Source: Myxococcales bacterium
GTDB lineage: Bacteria; Myxococcota_A; UBA9042
Reading direction: 5' to 3'
DNA length: 26,647 nucleotides
NCBI GenBank assembly: GCA_037441385.1
Contig: JBBISH010000090.1
Coordinates: forward strand, 1 to 26,647
The position numbers and the translations under genes are program-made. Positions 25,790 to 26,647 of the stretch are shown here, piece by piece. The notes beneath the pieces are model-generated. The model was not told where the DNA came from, searched no databases, and was given only the letters and a program-made list of their open reading frames with translations. How positions within the stretch are numbered: the stretch's first letter is position 1; each line of letters opens with the position of its first letter.

Positions 25790-26566
25790 TCAGGGCGGCG
25801 GGCCCGGGGCGGCGGGTCCGGGCGCACCTGACTTCGGCTCGGCGCGGGCGGCGGGCGGCGACGCTTGGGCTGGTGGCAACGGGGCGGTGGCGGGCGGCGG
25901 CGTGGCGGGGTCAACCTCGGCACAACCGGTCCACTTGGCGACCACCGCCCGCGGCATATGTGCGGCCACTTTTTGGGTACCCAGCTGCAGGACGGGCAAG
26001 GCTGTCTGGCCCAAGGCAGCGCACTCGGCTGGGCGGTTGCCGCAGTCGATCAGCAGCTGGCGCCCCCCGGGACCCAGCTCGGCCAACTGACGCTGGGTGG
26101 CCGGCTGGCCAGGATCGCCAAACAAGTGCAGGCCCTTGCGCGCCAAACAGGCACCAAAGCCGTCTTCGCCCAGAGCCGGAACCGCCAGAGCGGCCCCCAG
26201 CCGCTGCGCCGACGGGAACAGCAGCGACAAGTCCCGGGTGACGAACACTTCCATCGGCTGCACGCCAACCGCGGTCGGCTGGACCACTACGCGGAACACG
26301 CCCGAAACCCACTCGATCGACGGAATGTTGACCGGGCCGACGCGCGGCGCGAGCTGCCGCTGCACGAGCTGACCGGCAGCGATGCGCTCGGCGTCGGCGA
26401 CGGGCGCGAACTCAGCCGCAGCGGCGCGTGCGGGCGCGGCGGCCTGGGCCGTGGGCGCTACGGCAGTTGCGACGGCCGTGGTCGGCTTGAGCGCGGCGGT
26501 CCGCGGCGGCGACGGCGCATTGCAGGCCACTGCAAGAACAGCCAAAACGAGAGGGAGTAGACGCAC
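25790..26566 (-). CDS. Lipoprotein with DsbC-N-like domain and thioredoxin/glutaredoxin-like domain lacking CXXC
   Basis: GTG 26566 after GAGGA; lipobox AVA-C; Ala/Pro linkers; SGVFRV...VFVTRD..LLFP; FGACL..KG..LFG..GQPAT.RQ...G...IDC...C...G....P...G......WTGC. Confidence 0.75.
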   Translation of the reverse strand: MRLLPLVLAVLAVACNAPSPPRTAALKPTTAVATAVAPTAQAAAPARAAAAEFAPVADAERIAAGQLVQRQLAPRVGPVNIPSIEWVSGVFRVVVQPTAVGVQPMEVFVTRDLSLLFPSAQRLGAALAVPALGEDGFGACLARKGLHLFGDPGQPATQRQLAELGPGGRQLLIDCGNRPAECAALGQTALPVLQLGTQKVAAHMPRAVVAKWTGCAEVDPATPPPATAPLPPAQASPPAARAEPKSGAPGPAAPGPPP

Positions 26567-26647
26567 GAATTCCTCGGCGGTAGGGCTCGGCTGGCCAGCC
26601 AAGGGGCAATGGCACCGTGGTCGACCTGGCCCAAGGCGAGCCTACGC

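Noticed and set aside
1..26647. CRISPR arrays, tRNA/rRNA, transposases, integrases, reverse transcriptase
   Set aside because: None recognised; the repeats present are diverged protein-level repeats only.

Overview
High-GC bacterial chromosomal window, most likely Myxococcota/deltaproteobacterial. That assignment rests on Cys-rich lipoproteins with D/A/S/T-rich linkers, a myxobacterial-style IgGFc-binding lipoprotein and a Myxococcus-type LexA-like box. The left part holds housekeeping genes (rlmH, rsfS, proA, map, comF, khpA, rpsP, plsC) and a translationally coupled pair resembling ResB/CcsA cytochrome c maturation proteins that lack their heme-handling residues. Between the convergent comF and ccsA-like genes lies a 229-nt self-complementary element (6S-like or retron msr-msd-like fold) just downstream of a palindromic LexA-like box. 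The centre is a ~15 kb + strand operon of five large predicted lipoproteins (IgGFc-binding, 6x IPT/TIG, five 7-bladed beta-propellers in total, a jelly-roll insert, Ig-like) followed by a GT-C-like membrane protein. It is followed by a DinG/YoaA helicase and a convergent thioredoxin-fold lipoprotein lacking CXXC. No CRISPR array, tRNA, rRNA, transposase or integrase was seen. All family calls come from motif recognition by eye; no searches were run.
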